A DNA stretch of 45,370 nucleotides, taken from NCBI GenBank assembly GCA_016931215.1, contig JAFGFD010000051.1:1-45370 (forward strand). The letters are read 5' to 3'. The DNA comes from Candidatus Omnitrophota bacterium. Its GTDB lineage: Bacteria; Omnitrophota; Gorgyraeia; JAHIPI01. The notes beneath the pieces were generated by a model. The model was not told where the DNA came from and did not search any database. It saw only the letters and a program-made list of their open reading frames with translations. The stretch's first letter is position 1. Every line of letters starts with the position of its first letter. The position numbers were made by a program, and so were the translations under genes. Positions 45,266-45,370 of the stretch are shown piece by piece.

Positions 45266-45370
45266 AATACTCCTCCTTCGATCCGTTATCAACTCAACGT
45301 ATTCAATCTATGAATATAAATAATTCGATAGAGTGTTATTATACCTCTTGCCGATATGTTTGTAAAGAAA

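Noticed and set aside
44850-45323. 157-aa plus-strand ORF opposite recA
   Set aside because: It is antisense to recA, is Ser/Cys/Pro-rich, and has no start context.

Overview
This 45.4-kb window has about 38 credible genes, all on the minus strand and tightly packed, many with 4-nt start/stop overlaps. All family calls come from reading motifs in the supplied translations; no searches were run.

Gene order in transcription direction (high to low coordinates):
- recA, htrA/degP-type protease, a small HAMP-only membrane protein, alaS.
- A his-trp supraoperon: hisD-B-H-A-F-I, trpE-G-D-C-F, then a 12.3-kb glycan-processing island, then trpB-A.
- A mannose-1-P guanylyltransferase-like gene, ruvX, an M16 peptidase, an M50/CBS site-2 protease, rpe, a phosphogluco/phosphomannomutase, lepA, lepB.
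- A sigma70-like promoter, a cobalamin riboswitch and a btuB-btuF-btuD-btuC-like corrinoid uptake operon with a trailing DUF71 PP-loop ATPase.
- A small wHTH gene with a strong terminator, then an AEC-family permease.

Two things stand out:
1. The island wedged between trpF and trpB (17864-30205). It encodes a sugar-binding lipoprotein, a GH94 phosphorylase, two tandem paralogous CBM11/CIA30-like secreted proteins, a membrane-anchored clan GH-A TIM-barrel/TPR fusion, a membrane-anchored (alpha/alpha)6-like/beta-sandwich protein, and a cytoplasmic GH35-like enzyme ending 10 nt before trpB. It has no permease, regulator or mobility gene.
2. A set of 7-nt-periodic non-coding repeats confined to the his/trp gene junctions. 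These are AUAG-N3 heptad arrays, two of which cover the trpD SD or the trpA start codon, plus heptad-built GGTTAAC-type hairpin elements in three copies, one inverted.

No CRISPR array, tRNA/rRNA gene, transposase or integrase was seen. The TonB-dependent receptor and lipoproteins suggest a diderm host, but the taxon cannot be assigned from this window.
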